A stretch of 62,488 nt of DNA, the filler included, from Hausera hauseri (Eukaryota), in assembly GCA_046269625.1 (NCBI GenBank). It is 14 parts of 14 records of this genome, joined end to end, with 100 filler letters (N's around TTAATTAATTAA, not from the genome) between each part and the next. Parts side by side here need not be neighbours in the genome. Positions count along the whole stretch, not along the records: positions 40,173 to 44,679 come from JBJURY010549674.1; positions 44,780 to 48,985 come from JBJURY010701993.1; positions 49,086 to 53,758 come from JBJURY010480687.1; positions 53,859 to 58,245 come from JBJURY010606332.1; 10 more parts are not named here. One strand, 5' to 3'. The position numbers were made by a program, and so were the translations under genes. The notes beneath the pieces are model-generated. The model was not told the origin of the DNA, ran no database searches, and saw only the letters and a program-made list of their open reading frames with translations. This document shows positions 40,173 to 54,499 of the stretch, piece by piece. Within the stretch, counting starts at the first letter, position 1. Every line of letters begins with the position of its first letter.

Positions 40173-42600
40173 ATCTTAACATCATGAGCACCTTAGAATT
40201 ATTTTCCGCTGATTGCATCAAAGCAACCTGCAAATCAATTTCGCCAAATGCAATTTCTTCCAGAAACGCGTCAACTTCTGAGGCCACATAATTACTCCCT
40301 AAGGTCATTCGTCCCAGCCTGATTGTTTACAACAATTAAAAAGTGTGCATTTCTTACACAAATACGTGCCACATTGCTCCGAACTAACGGCACCTTTCGC
40401 ACATCTCTCATCCGGAAAGAAAAGATAATTAATCCACTGGACTCCCGATCTAATAAGTCAATTTGATCACCTTCGTGAAGATCTGAAAATCCTTGAAATC
40501 TTGGCTTTTCAAAAACTAAACGCGGAATTAAAATTAACTAACGATGCCTCCACCACAGCCACTGGTGCGATATTACACCAAATACACAATGGTGTGGATG
40601 ATCCGTTAGAATTTTATTCACGAAAGCTTACGCAATCAAAAAGCCGATACTCTACATTCGATCGTAAACTCCTGGCCATAGTTCTAGCGGTAAAGCATTT
40701 TAAGCATTTGCTCCTATAACATCAATTCGTCATCCAAATCGACCATAAACTTCAACTTTATATCACGACGTTGAAACAGCCGTCACCCAGACAAGAACGA
40801 CAGATATCATACCTGTCGACATTCAGTTTTTCCATTAAATATATTTCAGGCACCCAAAATTTAGTTGCAGATTTTCTGTCGCGGTCAGTCAACTCAATTA
40901 CAGTTCAGCTAATTTCCTCCTCTGAAGTCTTGAGAAGTAATCAGTCATCATATGATATTCTCCAAACCTTTAAATCAGTCGAGATCATCGATGGAATTGC
41001 CTACGACACATCCAACTCGACTAATAAAAAATCATTCTTGCTCCATCGCTACAAAAGACAGCTTTCACTCACTTTCACTCTCTTTATTATCAGGGTTCAA
41101 AAGCCACATTCCGTCTACTGCAACGCCATGTTGTATGGCCGACTATGCGTACAGATGTACAAGTCTGGGTTAAGGGATGTGTAGCATGTCAACAATATAA
41201 GGTTCATAAACACCTCAAACCACCAATTTATCACTTGCCGTGCACTTCTTGTTTTGACATTGTTCATTTGGATCTTGTGGTCCTTTACCATTCGACTACG
41301 GCTATCAATATATCTTATCCATAATAAACTGCGCTTCTCGTTGGCCAAAAGTCGTTCTTCTTTAATCAACCAACACCGACTCAGTAGCCGATGCATTTAT
41401 CAAGATATGGGTCAGTCGTTTTGATTCACCGCGTCGCATCATAACGGACCAGGGTCCGCAATTTGAAACTGATCTCTTTAAATCTCTGGTAAAACACTTG
41501 GGGATAGTCCATTCCCATACAACTCCGTACTATCCCCAAGCAAATTGTCTTCTTGAGAGATTCCACCGTACCATGAAGATTTCCTTAAAAATCTTGGCAA
41601 ACGACAATCATAACTAGACCTCAGTTCTTTCACTTGTCATACTCAGTTGGCGCAACACGCCATCCACCACCACAGGTTGTGCCTCAGCTAAAACTCTTTT
41701 TGGGACACCAATTCGTGCCCTATTTGAACTCTCCAATTTCGATGAAAGTCCATCAGATGAAGTTATTCCTGCTACACAGTCATACTTTGCATATGTCAAC
41801 TCAAACGCCTTTTGCCGCCTTATAAATAAAGACCAATCCTATATTCTAGGGGACTTATACTCAGCGAAGTTTGTATGGCTGAAAGATCCGTCACCTTCTG
41901 GTTTTCGGCATAAGTACGTTGGTCCTTTTAAACTACTCAACCTATCTTCGCACACCGCTACGATTTTACTTAAGGACAGACCTCAAAAGGTACACATTTT
42001 TAACCTTAAGCCAGCATTCTTCGTTGACGATGACCAGGATAACAGCCCTGTTTCATATTCTAACGCTAACTTCTCTCTTCTCGAGACATCATCTAATTTC
42101 GTCGATGATTTTGATCCGTCGCAGCAATTACTCTCACGTCACAATCAGTTCTCTTCACTTCACTCATCGTCCAGTGCTCCTTCACTACTTACTTTACCGT
42201 CATCGCATGCATATCCTCTACTCATTTCACCTTCATCGCACAATTTGCTTCCACCTCCAGTCTCGCTTTCTTCCTTTTCCCTTTTTCAGCTTCTTCTCCA
42301 CTTTCACCTCTCTATAAAGCATCCTCCCAAAACACCACTAAATCTACAGCATCTCTCTCTAGAAAAACTCCGCAATCACTAGCAACATCTAACTGGTCAC
42401 TCCAAGTACTTACAGTAGGGAGAAGTTCATAGATGGAATCCAACGTCTGACACGTATCAAAATCGAATAGAAACAAGTTCTTCCTTTTCTTACCACAATC
42501 TACACTTATTTTTTTTTCTTTATAGTCTTTCTTTTGCCGCGGGGTTGATGTAGTGCCTGAATTGTGGTCGCACTGAGTGGTTTAGCGAGTCGGTGATGAG
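40173..42600 (+). mobile_element. CsRn1-like gypsy copy 2: RT end, RNase H, IN, Ser-rich tail, G-rich PPT-like tract and putative 3' LTR start (TGTAG at 42549)
   Basis: DASTTATGAIL, PLEFYSRKL..YSTFDRKLLAI, VADFLSR, TDQGPQFE, LERFHRT; collinear with 7650-9407. Confidence 0.9.
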
Positions 42601-43269
42601 ATTTTCCCCGCCATTAAGATAGCCAGCTAAGTACAATAGCTTTAGTAATGATGTGAAATGAGCGTGGGTCAAAGATGGTAAAGATAATACTTATTTTCGA
42701 TCGAAAGGAGAACCTGTGAAATTTCGGAAAGATAGTGTGAATGCACTCATTTATCTCAAAACTGCTGACAAGAAATCCGTTAATACAGAATTTAGAATCA
42801 CTCAACATTTCACTGTTGCGAAGTAAACGATTAAAATGACTACTTTTAATTTCGTTACTTTTGACTGGAAGTAGTTAGACTTTATTGGTATTTTGTCCTT
42901 CTTCGCATTTATTTGAAGCTTCGTTTCAACCTTCCATTTGATGTACATAGAATATAAAGAGTTTAGCCAGTTTGTGTTTGATTGTGTGTTTAAGTCAATT
43001 GTAATAGTACCATTGGTGGTCATTGGAGATTCTTTAAAGAAGTTATATGATATGAGTGTTGTATATGGTACACAAGATGTTTCTATATATGTATTATTTA
43101 ATTCAAGTGTCTTAGAGGTTAACATATCTATTGTTGGACAATTTTTATTTTTCTTGAAACCATTGTTCCCACCAATTCCTAAAGTGCCATTAACGATTTC
43201 CCCGAACCCATGTACCTCTAAACCCATCCAGATACCATAAAACCCAATTCACTGAACTCCTGAAGCCTA

Positions 43270-44570
43270 CATATTTCTTTACACAATATATATTTATAGA
43301 AAAAAACATCTAATTTAATTTTTCATCAAACGCAGCCATTGTTAACGCTGTGCTCCTCCGCGGGGGAATTTCTCCACCTTTAATTGATTGGGTTAAATCA
43401 ATCACACCGATTTTAGCAAACATTCCAACATAACTCACGCCAGCAGCCGAGGGACAGAAGCAACGCGAACAATAATAGCAACGCATCTAATGATGTATAC
43501 CTTCAACGACAAAACTATGTGTCAATCCTGTTCGAGAAAATCTCTCCACAGCAGACTTCATCGTTGACTCAAAATTTTTTTATTCCCTGAGTCTAACAAC
43601 AAATTTTGTTCTCTGACGACATCAAGATCATAATTCTCTTCTCCTACATTATTATTTTCATCTGTTACATAATGTTACATAGATCGCTGTGATTTTCTAA
43701 ATCTTTGGTTTTGATTAATATATTTTTCTAATCTATCATTAACAGAATTTACTTGACCTAAAGAAACTTCCATCTTCACGATGTGATTTCGATTCTGTGG
43801 TAAATGTATTTGAACTATTAAGTCTATGCTTGGGTTCTTTTCTTGAACTACGTTTTCCCAACTGGTAAGGTGTGTTGAGTTAAATCCAATTCTCAACATG
43901 ACAATTAGTTTTCTAGAAATGACTTTCTCATCCACTGTTGTATCGGAAAGTGTGTTTACCATATTAGCCATACAATTAGAATTTAAATTCTTTTCAAATT
44001 TTATTCAATTTTCATTTTCAATATATTTTACGCAATAACCGATGCAAATATTTGTTGTAACCAAAACTTTCCATCGTTAAATAGCCTGTCGTTTTCTTCT
44101 GTGAGGCATAAATTCAGTCAATAAGATTTAATATTTTCTATTAATAATGTTTCGTATGGATGTATTATGTGTATACATGTTTTCATACTATGGATAATGA
44201 GTATTCTTAAAATTGCATGGTTTGGAATTCATTTGAAATACTTAAACAGCAATTAACTATCAAATATATCGTATTTACTGCTTATTGACGTTTTGAAGTT
44301 GAATATCAAAAGGATTTTAATTAATTTTGTTCACATGTATTTCTTTTCGTTTGAAAGATATATGCATATTTTTATTTTGATAGAACATAACTAACCATTA
44401 TATTGGTACTAACTCTACAAACCCACTCAGAAAGCTTTGGTTTGACTCTCAAACCATTTTGAAACGCCCATTTACCATTAATTCGACATATTCCAACCCA
44501 TCTTCAACTTGAACTGAGTAAAGTCTTTTCTTAAGATCATTAGGTGATTACATGGTTGAGCTTGTCCAAG
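43270..44570 (-). pseudogene. Decayed ORF homologous to the unknown gene at 18729-20930
   Basis: KIGVIDLTQSIKGGEIPPRRSTALTMA versus KIRLIGSARIPKGGEPPPRKGTAITKA, with visible DNA similarity (43335-43382 versus 19042-19089); 5' limit is a guess. Confidence 0.5.
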
Positions 44571-45004
44571 ATAGGTAGAGGTAACCTGTGTGAGTATACA
44601 GGGTGCGTGCGCTATTTTCGGATTGACTTTAAAGTATAACCACAACGTAGTGTTTACTTTTAGAAATTCGCTTACCAGANNNNNNNNNNNNNNNNNNNNN
44701 NNNNNNNNNNNNNNNNNNNNNNNTTAATTAATTAANNNNNNNNNNNNNNNNNNNNNNNNNNNNNNNNNNNNNNNNNNNNGCCTTTCCGCTATAAAATGAA
44801 AATCAATAATATTAATATGACACATAAACTGGCAGGTGGAGTACTTGATGTACTATCGTTCAGTGAAATACTCGAGTCAAGTGTGCTTATGGTTACGGTT
44901 GCTAAGGCACTTTTTCACTTTTCACATATTTGTCACTGTGCAGCGTAGAGTTGATGGAATCGACTGGGGTCAAGTGCAGGTAGATAGAGCACATCGAGAT
45001 GCAT

Positions 45005-46490
45005 CTTGCCAAGAACGTCTGGCAGGCTTTTAATGCAGGAAAATAGGGGAATATAGTGATATATATCTCCAAACTGATGTGCTGCTGCTGACAGACATCT
45101 TTAAGAGTTTCAGGGATGTTACAATGAAGAGCCATTCTTTGGATCCGGTTCATTTCTTTACGGCTCCAGGAATGAGTTGGGCAGCAATGCTGCGCTACAG
45201 TGGTTTTAGGCTGCAGATAATTAAGGATTATGATATAATCTTTATAATCGAGAGAGGCATAAGAGGCGGAATATGCCAGGCCATTCATTTGTATAGTGAG
45301 GCCAACAACAATTATATGGCCGAATACGACTCAACAAATGAATCCTCATATATATAATAACTTGATGCCAACAACTTTTATGGATGGGCAGTGAGCGCCC
45401 CATTGCCATATGATAAAGTCAAGTTATTCCAGAATCCTGAAAACATCCTTATACTGGATCTGGATTCCACTGGAGATACGGAATACATAGTGCAGGTGGA
45501 TATGGAATATCCGGTTTCTATCTGAACAAGGTATCAACAGCTGCTATTCGTCCCTGAGAGCAAGCCTGTGCCCCATGGAAAGCAGAGAAAGCTGTTATGT
45601 CATCTGGGTAATAGGAAGAGGTATGTAGTTCAGTACATAAATCTCCAGCAGGCAGTTAAACATGGACTTCGTATTACGAAGGTCCATCGGGCCCTGCAGT
45701 TCAGCCAGTCCAACTAGCTGCAGCCCTACATAGACCTCAATACGAAGTTGCGGACAAATGCCAAGAACGACTTAGAGAATGACCATTTCAAGTTTTACAA
45801 CAGCGTTTTTGGAAAGACTGGAGAATATCTGCAACAGGATCAACATCGACTGGCCTCTGAATGGAAGCGAGCAAAGAAGCTCATTGCCAAGCCCAATTTC
45901 CACAACAGCATCATATATGCGGAAAACTTGGTCGGCATACATATGCTGAAAACGGCATTAGTATTCAACAAGCCCATATATGTGGGTATGGCAATACTGG
46001 ACTTGTCAAAGACCTCAATGTACAAATTTCACTGACATCATGGTTCACAAGTTCGAGTCCATGCAACATATGTGTATGGATACTGATAGTTTCATCTATC
46101 AGATTCATACATATGATATTTATAAGGACTTTGCCCAATTGGCACATCACATGGATACTTCGGATTATCCGGAGGAACATCCCAACAATTCAATAGCCAA
46201 CAAAAAGGTCCTTGGGAAATTCAAAGACTAGGTGAATAGGACAATCATCTCGAGATTTGTACTTCTTAGATCCAAAATGTATACCATTGATATGTGGCCA
46301 AGCAAGATGGCTAAAGTGATTCAAAGGGCGACCTTAGCCAAGAAAATTGGCTCCAATGACTATGTTAGAGATCTGCATGAGCAGACTAATATCATATCAG
46401 AGATGCAAAGGATCCAGTCTAGGGCTCATAACATTGAGACAGTAACATTACAGAAGAAAAGCCTAGATTTAATGGATGACAAGGGGCAGA
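45005..46490 (+). pseudogene. Adintovirus/Polinton pPolB, C-terminal polymerase half
   Basis: IERGIRGGI, LDANNFYGWA, NSVFGKT, KPIYVGMAILDLSK, MDTDS, KKVLGKFKD. Confidence 0.92.
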
Positions 46491-46544
46491 TCCATACAAG
46501 TTCGCATCCAGGTATGATATATGTGACGGTTCCTTTGTTGAGTC

Positions 46545-48930
46545 GTATTCGGCTATATACTTGTTGTTGGCTTCACTATACCGGTGAATGGTCTGGCATA
46601 TTCCGCCTTTTGTCTCTCGATCATAAGGGTCATGTCATAATTCTTAATGATCTGCACCCTGACACCTGTATATATAAGCACTGCTGCCAAGCTCATCCCT
46701 GGAGCCTTAAAGAAATGAGCCGGATCCAATGCATGACTCTTCATTTTAACATCCCTGAAACTCTCAAAGATATCCGTCAGAAGCAGCACGTCCGTATTGA
46801 GGTATATGTCGCTGTATTCTCCTAATGTTCGGCGTTGGAATGCATGCTAGACGTTCTGATCATGCTTGTAGTACATATCACTGATATCGCAATCAGAGTG
46901 GATATTGTAGAAGTCCTTCTTGGCCGGCAATGAGGTCTCATCCAGTGTTTCCCATGATGCCATATAGTTATAGGGAAACACACCTTTCCTTTTGACTAGG
47001 TCAAATGCAGTGGGAAAAAACCGCTTCGACTCCTTGAGTTCTTCTGTAGGGAAGTTCTTCACTAAACTGTCAAATGAAGACGACATGAAAGGGGAACTGT
47101 CTACGAAGCGAAGCCTGATTTTCCCAACATGCTTCGTAAAGGTTATGTACTTCTCATTGTTGGGGATCACATCAATGTTTCCTTCAATGCTGCCCAGTTC
47201 CCGAACAATAAAATGGGTATCATAGCCACTGAGATTATGAAACACTACAGGCACATATGTACATGTTTTGCAACGTAGATTGCGGTTGTTGAAGGTTGCG
47301 TCCCGATATGTGCCTGTAGAATGGCAATAATCCCTGACTTTATAATTCTACTTAGTGAATGATTTGGAGCACAAGTAACATGCTGTTGCCTTGCGCGATT
47401 CTTCGTCTTGCTGCTTCGACATGCTCATTGTATCCTTATGATACTGCAGTATATCTCCAATCCTATGAGCCATATCTTCAAGTCGTTTCATGAAATGAGC
47501 TGCTGCGCCTGGACCCCTGAATAGAAATGGTTCATTGTCCAGACCTATGGCATGCATGTAATATGATAAAAGCTCATGATATTGGTATGCCGTTGTGCTG
47601 CTATATTGGGATTAGGACTGCAACTCTGAACGGGCGCAGAATATCCTTAAAGTCGCAATAGATAACTATTTGGACCTTGATCTTCTTAAACTCCTTGAAT
47701 TCAATGTAGTCCTCCTTGGGAAATTCTGCCCTGATACCATAATTGTTGCTGCAGTACATCTTGTGCTCTTTCAGCTTCTATACAGCTACAGCGCCGCTGA
47801 AATGGGACAAGCATCGTTTGCATATTTCTATTTGTCCATGATGTTTCGTAATTTGTGATCTGACTAGCCGCCCGGTCTTTGATCGAAACATAATGTGTCT
47901 TTTCGCCATCGTCTAATAGGAGCAGATCCCTATGATCTTCCAATTCAGCATCGCATATCTGCAGGGGAAAGAATTTATCATCCTCGTCCAATCCCAAGAT
48001 ATTAATGGACATGTTGACTTTTCCAAATTTTTTAACGTCATCTATGAATGGATGGAACTTGATACATTGGAAGTCATAGTTGTGCTGCACATCCTTATAT
48101 GGTCAAACTCGTAAAGCATGATTTTGATCCGTTAGGAGTTTTGATAAAATGACATACATGAAACATGTCGTTATTATGGACATTGACACGCTTTTTTATT
48201 AGCGATCCAATCAGGGAGCTGAATGTATGAACTGCCCTGCATGGGAGAGTACTTGTGAACATACACAATCAATCGCTTGATGGTTGCCAGAGATCATCTG
48301 CTCTTCTTATCCAGGCTCTCCCCGGCTTCAAGGATCAGCTTCTCGTGCGCCTCTTGTATCCATTCTGCTATGTTGGTGTTTTCCAATATGGGTCTATTTT
48401 TGGTTTTGAAGGCCCTATTGGATTCTTCGCTATCAACACTAATGTATGTGGCCTCCAGTTTCATATTCACCTTAAGGGCTTTGAGCTCAGCCATGTTGTC
48501 CTGAAGAATGCCCTCTGTCTCATCCTTTGTGTATAAGACAAAGTCTCGGAGAGTTGTTTATCCTGTTGCCTCCATAACATCTGCGGCATTTTCTCTTTAA
48601 TGCAGCAGCATCAACTGGCCGCCGTCTTTGGCTTTTTGATGGAGCCGCTGCGTCTGATTTGGCTGCGCATGACACTGCTGCGCATGACACTGCTGCGCAT
48701 GACACTGCTGCGCATGATGCGGCTGCGCGCTTCAATTCTCTAATATTCTTCGCGGCTGCTGCACCACATCCAGCAGCATAATACGAAGCAGATGCGTCAA
48801 TATTATGTTGCTCATTATAGATGGCCTTCTTTTATTTTGATGCTAAGTGACTCAAATGATGTTTGTGATCATAATAAACTGTATGTAATCTGCGCCGCAT
48901 ACAGTCTCATCCTGGACATATATAATAGAG
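46545..48930 (-). pseudogene. Adintovirus/Polinton pPolB, N-terminal half (paralogue of 21252-22750)
   Basis: FHNLSGYDTHFIV, RKGVFPYNY, TDVLLLTDIFESFR, LDPAHF; LKVNMKLEATY..AFKTKN N-terminal region. Confidence 0.9.
48662..48730. repeat. 15-bp tandem repeat GCTGCGCATGACACT (~4.5 copies; SCAAV on minus strand)
   Basis: Seen directly. Confidence 0.9.
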
Positions 48931-49085
48931 GATCCTATTGAATTTGTATCCATAATAGCTCCACATGGCATTGACAGTTATGAGGNNNNNNNNNNNNNNN
49001 NNNNNNNNNNNNNNNNNNNNNNNNNNNNNTTAATTAATTAANNNNNNNNNNNNNNNNNNNNNNNNNNNNNNNNNNNNNNNNNNNN

Positions 49086-52000
49086 TGGTGTGGATTTCTA
49101 TACTGTGGTCTTTCATGGTGGGGACTTCCATGATATGGTCTTTCATATTGTGGACTTCCATGTTGTGTTCTTTCATGGTGTGGATTTCTATACTGTGGTC
49201 TTTCATGGTGGGGACTTCCATGATATGGTCTTTCATATTGTGGACTTCCATGGTGTGTTCTTTCATGGTGTGGACTTCCATACTGTGGTCTTTCATGGTG
49301 GGGACGTCCATGATGTGGTCTTTCATATTGTGGACTTCCATGGTGTGTTCTTTCATAATGTGGACTTCCATACTATGGTATTTCATGGTGGGGACTTCCA
49401 TGATATGGTCTTTCATTGTGTGAACTTCCATGGTGTGGCCTTTCATGCTGTGGATTTTATACTACGGACTTTCATGGTGGGGACTTCCATGGTGTGGCCT
49501 TGCATGGTACGGACTGCCATACTATGGTCTTTCATGGTGTGGACTTTTATACTACGGTCTTTCATGGTGGGGACTTCCATGGTGTGGCCTTTCATGGTGT
49601 AGATTTCTGTACTGTAGTCTTTCATGATGTGTTCTTCCATGGTGTGTTCTTTCATGGTGTGGATTTCCATACTATGGTCTTTAATGGTGTGGATTTCCGT
49701 GGTATGGCCTTTCATGGTGAGGACTTCCATACTGTGGTCTTTCATGGTGGGGACTTCCATGATGTGGTACTTCATGGTGTGGACTTCCATGGTGTGTTCT
49801 TTCATGATGTGGAATTCCATACTATGGTCTTTCATGCTGGGGACTTCCATGATATGGTCTTTCATTGTGTGGACTTCCATGGTGTGGCCTTTCATGGTGA
49901 TGACTGCCATACAATGGTCTTTCATGGTGTGGATTTCTATACTGTGCTCTTTCATGGTGTGGACAACCATGGTATAGCCTTTCATGGTGTGGACTTCCAT
50001 ACTGCGGTCTTTTATGGTGGGGACTTCCATGATGTGGTCTTTCATGGTGTGGACTTCCATGTTGTGGCCTTTCATGGTGTGGATGTCCATACTATGGTCT
50101 TTCATGGTGGGGACCTCCAGATGTGGTCTTTCATTATATAGAATTCCATGGTTTGGTCTTTCATGGTGTGGACTTCCATGGTGTGTTCTTTCATAGTGTG
50201 GACTTCCATACTATGGTCTTTCAATGTGTGGACTTCCATGGTGTGGACTTTCATGGAGTGGATTTCTATACCGCGGTCTACCATGGTGTGCTCTTCCATG
50301 GTATGTTCTTTCATGGTGTGGATTTCCATACTGTGGTCTTTCATGGTGTGGACTTCCATGGTATGGCTTTCATGGTGTGGACTTCCATACTGTGGTCTTT
50401 CATGCTGGGACTTCCATGATGTCGTCTTTCATTGTGTGGACTTCCATGGTGTGGCGTTTCATGGTGTGGATTTGTATACTGTTGTCTTTCATGGTGTGTT
50501 CTTCCATGGTGTGTACTTTCATGGTGTCGATTTCCATACTATGGTCTTTCATGATGTGGACTTCCATGGTATGGCCTTTCATGGTGTGGACTTCCATACT
50601 GTGGTCTTTCATGGTGTGGACTTCCATGCTGTGGCCTTTCATGGTGTATACTGCCATACTATGGTCTTTCATGGTGTGGACTTTCATACTACGGTCTTTC
50701 ATGGTGGGTACATCCATGGTGTGGCCTTTCATGGTGCGGATTGCCATACTATGGTCCTTCATGGTCTGGATTTCCATACTATGGTCTTTCATGGTGTGGA
50801 ATTCCATGGTATGGCCTTTCATGGTGTGGACTTCCATACTGTGGTCTTTCATGGTGGGGACTTCCATGATATGGTCTTTCATGGTGTGGACTTCCATGGT
50901 GTGGCCTTTCATGGTGTGGATTTCTATACTGTGGTCTTTCATGGTGTGTTCTTCCATGGTGTGTTCTTTCATGGTGTGGACTTCCATACTATGGTCTTTC
51001 ATGGTGTGGACTTCCGTACTATGGTCTTTCATCGTGGGGACTTCCATACTGTGGTCTTTCATTATGGGGACTTCCATGATGTAGTCTTTCATGGTGTGGA
51101 TTTCCATGGTGTGGCCTTTCATTGTGTGGACATCCATACTATGGTCTTTCATGGTGTGGACTTCCATATTATGGACTTTCATGGTGGGAAATTCCATGGT
51201 GTGGCTTTTGATGGTGTGGACTTCCGTGGTATGGTTTTTCATGGTGTGGACTTCCATACTGTGGTCTTTCATGGTGGGGACTTCCATGATGTGGTCTTTC
51301 ATTGAGTGGACTTCCATGGTGTGGCCTTTCATAGTGTGGATTTCCATTCTATGGTCTTTCATGGTGGGGACTTCCAGATGTGGTCTTTCATTGTGTAGAA
51401 TTCCATGGTTTGGTCTTTCATGGTGTGGACTTCCATGGTGTGTTTCTTCATGGTGTGGACTTCTATACTATTGTCTTTCCTTGTGTGTACTTCCATGGTG
51501 TGGCCTTTCATGGTGTAAATTTCTATACTGTGGTCTTTCATGGTGTGCTCTTCCATCCTATGTTCTTTCATGGTGTGGATTTCCATACTATAGTCTTTCA
51601 TGGTGTGCTCTTCCATGGTATGGCCTTTCATGGTGCGGACTTCCATACTGTGGTCTTTCATGGTGGGGACTTCCAGATGTGGTCTTTCATTGTGTAGAAT
51701 TCCATGGTTTGGTCTTTCATATTGTGGATTTCCATGGTGTGTTCTTTCATGGTGTGTACTTCCATACTATGGTTTTTCATTGTGTGTTCTTCCATGGTGT
51801 GTTCTTTCATGGTGTGGATTTCCATACTGTGGTCTTTCATGGTGTGGGCTTCCATGGTACGGCCTTTCATGGTGGTGACTTCCATGATATGGTCTTTCAT
51901 TGTGTAGAATTACATGGTTTTGTCTTTCATTGTGTGGATTTCCATACTATGGTCTTTCATGCTGGGGACTTCCAGATGTGATCTTTCATTGTGTAGAATT

Positions 52001-53758
52001 CCATGGTTTGGTTTTTCATAATGTAGACTTCCATGGTGTCTTATTTTATGGTGTGGACTTTCATACTATGGTCTTTCATTGTGTGGACTTCCATGGTGTA
52101 GCCTTTCATGGTGTTGACTGCCATATTATGGTAATTCACGGTGTGGATTTCCATACTATGGCCTTTCATGGTGTGGATTTCCATACTATGGTCTTTCATG
52201 GTTGGGACTTCCAGATGTGTTCTTTCATTGTGTAGAATTCCATGGATTGGTCTTTCATGTTGTGGATTTCCATGGTGTGTTCTTTCATGGTGTGTACTTC
52301 CATACTATGGTTTTTCATTGTGCGGACTTCCATAGTGTGGCCTTTCATGGTGTGGATTTATATACCGTGGTCTTTCATGGTGTGCTCTTCCATCGTATGT
52401 TCTTTCATGGTGTGGATTTCCATATTATGGTCTTTCATGGTGTGGACTTCCATGGTATGGCCTTTCATGTGTGGACTTCCATACTGTGGTCTTTCATGGT
52501 GTGGACTTCCATGATGTGGTCTTTCATTGTGTGGACTTCCATGGTGTGGCCTTTCATGATGTGGATTTCTATACTGTGGTCTTTCATGGTGTGCTCTTCC
52601 ATGGTATGTTCTTTTATGGTGTGGATTTCCATACTATGGCCTTTCATGGTGTGGACTTGTATACTGTGGCCTTTCGTGGTGTGGACTGCCATACTATGTT
52701 CTTTCATGGTGTGGACTTTCATACTACGTCTTTCATGGTGGGGACTTCCATGGTGTGGCCTTTCATGGTGTGGACTGCCATACTATGGTCTTTTATGGTG
52801 TGGATTTCCATACTATGGTCTTTCATGGTGTGGACTTCCATGGAATGGCCTTTCATGGTGTGGACTTTCATACAGTGGTCTTTCATGGTGGGGATTTCCA
52901 TGATGTGGTCTTTCATGATGTGGACTTCCATGGTGTGGCCTTTCATGGTGTGGATTTCCATGGTGTGTTCTTTCATGGTGTGTACTTCCATACTTTGGTT
53001 TTTCATTGTGTGGACTTCCATAGTGTGGCCTTTCATGGTGTGGATTTCTATACCGTGGTCTTTCATGGTGTGCACTTTCATGGCATGTTCTTTTATGGTG
53101 CGGATTTCCATACTATGGCCTTTCATCGTGTGGACTTGCATACTGTTGTCTTTCATGGTGGGACTTCCATGATGTCGTCTTTAATTGTGTGGACTTCCAT
53201 GGTGTGGCTTTTCATGCTGTGGATTTATATACTGTGGTCTTTCATCGTGTGTTCTTCCATGGTGTGTTTTTCCATGGTGTGGATTTCCATACTATGGTCT
53301 TTCATGGTGTGGATTTCCATGGTATCGTCTTTCATGCTGTGGACTTCCATACTATGGTTTTTCATGGTGTGGATTTCCATACTATGGTCTTTCATGATGT
53401 GGACTTCCATGTTATGGCCTTTCATGGTATGGACTTCCATACAATGTTCTTTCATGGTGGGGAATTCCATAATGTGGCCTTTCATGGTGTGGACTGCCAT
53501 ACTATGGTCTTTCATAGTGTGGATTTCCATACTATTGTCTTTCATTGTGTGGACTTCCATGGTGTGGCCTTTCATGGTGTTGATTTCTATACTGTGGTCT
53601 TCATGGTGTGTTCTTCCATGGTGTGTTCTTTCATGGTGTGGATTTCAATAATATGGTCTTTCATGGTGTGGACTTCCATGTTATGGCCTTTCATGGTGTG
53701 GACTTCCATACTGTGGTCTTTCATGGTGGGGACTTCCATGATATGGTCTTTCATGGTG
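49086..53758. repeat. Satellite/minisatellite: 15-bp monomers in 30-bp dimers, consensus CATGGTGTGGACTTC-CATACTGTGGTCTTT; fills the whole contig
   Basis: ~310 monomers by length, scattered 1-bp indels, recurring variant blocks. Confidence 0.97.
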
Positions 53759-54499
53759 NNNNNNNNNNNNNNNNNNNNNNNNNNNNNNNNNNNNNNNNNN
53801 NNTTAATTAATTAANNNNNNNNNNNNNNNNNNNNNNNNNNNNNNNNNNNNNNNNNNNNAGTATATGATTGATCGACAGTAAAATTATTGAGAAATGATGG
53901 AGGTATTTACCAGAGTAGAGTATATTTTTCAAAATCATAAAGGCGACCGGGCAATCGTACGATTTCTTCTCTTGTTACTTAACGTTAAATTACCCGCCGT
54001 TTTGTTTGGAGTGAAATGGCATGAATTTAACCCGAGGGTGGAGATTGAAGTTGATATTTAAAGATACTATACGAAGAGTCTAAGAGAACAACGTTGTTAT
54101 TATGGATGTGGGTATGTGTATATACGTGTGTATATACCTATGAGACTATTGTGAACATATAAACTCAGAATAGCAATCAGAGTATAGATATAAAGGATCA
54201 TTGTTGAATGAAGGTGTTTAAGTAGTGTTAGGTGGATACATTTTAACAAGGAGGATGGTATTTATAGTCTCCAGCACGTGGCCAATTGACATGAATGTAA
54301 TAATATTCGGGAGAGGATCTAAAAGTCCCTGATTGATGAAACAATATATGATCTTATCTTTTAGTGATAAATATAATCTAGTTATAATATGATATTTCCC
54401 ATCTTGAGACTAATGAGAATACAACGATTTCAAGAAATATACAAGACATATAAATGATCAATTATTTTTATTCAAATAGAACTCACGCAGTGGAATTTA

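Noticed and set aside
42940-43270. SLC5 symporter-like loop fragment (WMGL..CP..WLNSLYSM)
   Set aside because: Only an impression; not enough conserved residues.
44596-44679. Tc1/mariner TIR (TA-CAGGGTG)
   Set aside because: Contig ends before any partner TIR or transposase.
49086-53758. CRISPR array, or dozens of real genes in the repeat
   Set aside because: No unique spacers or cas genes; ORFs in several frames follow from a stop-poor 15-bp unit.
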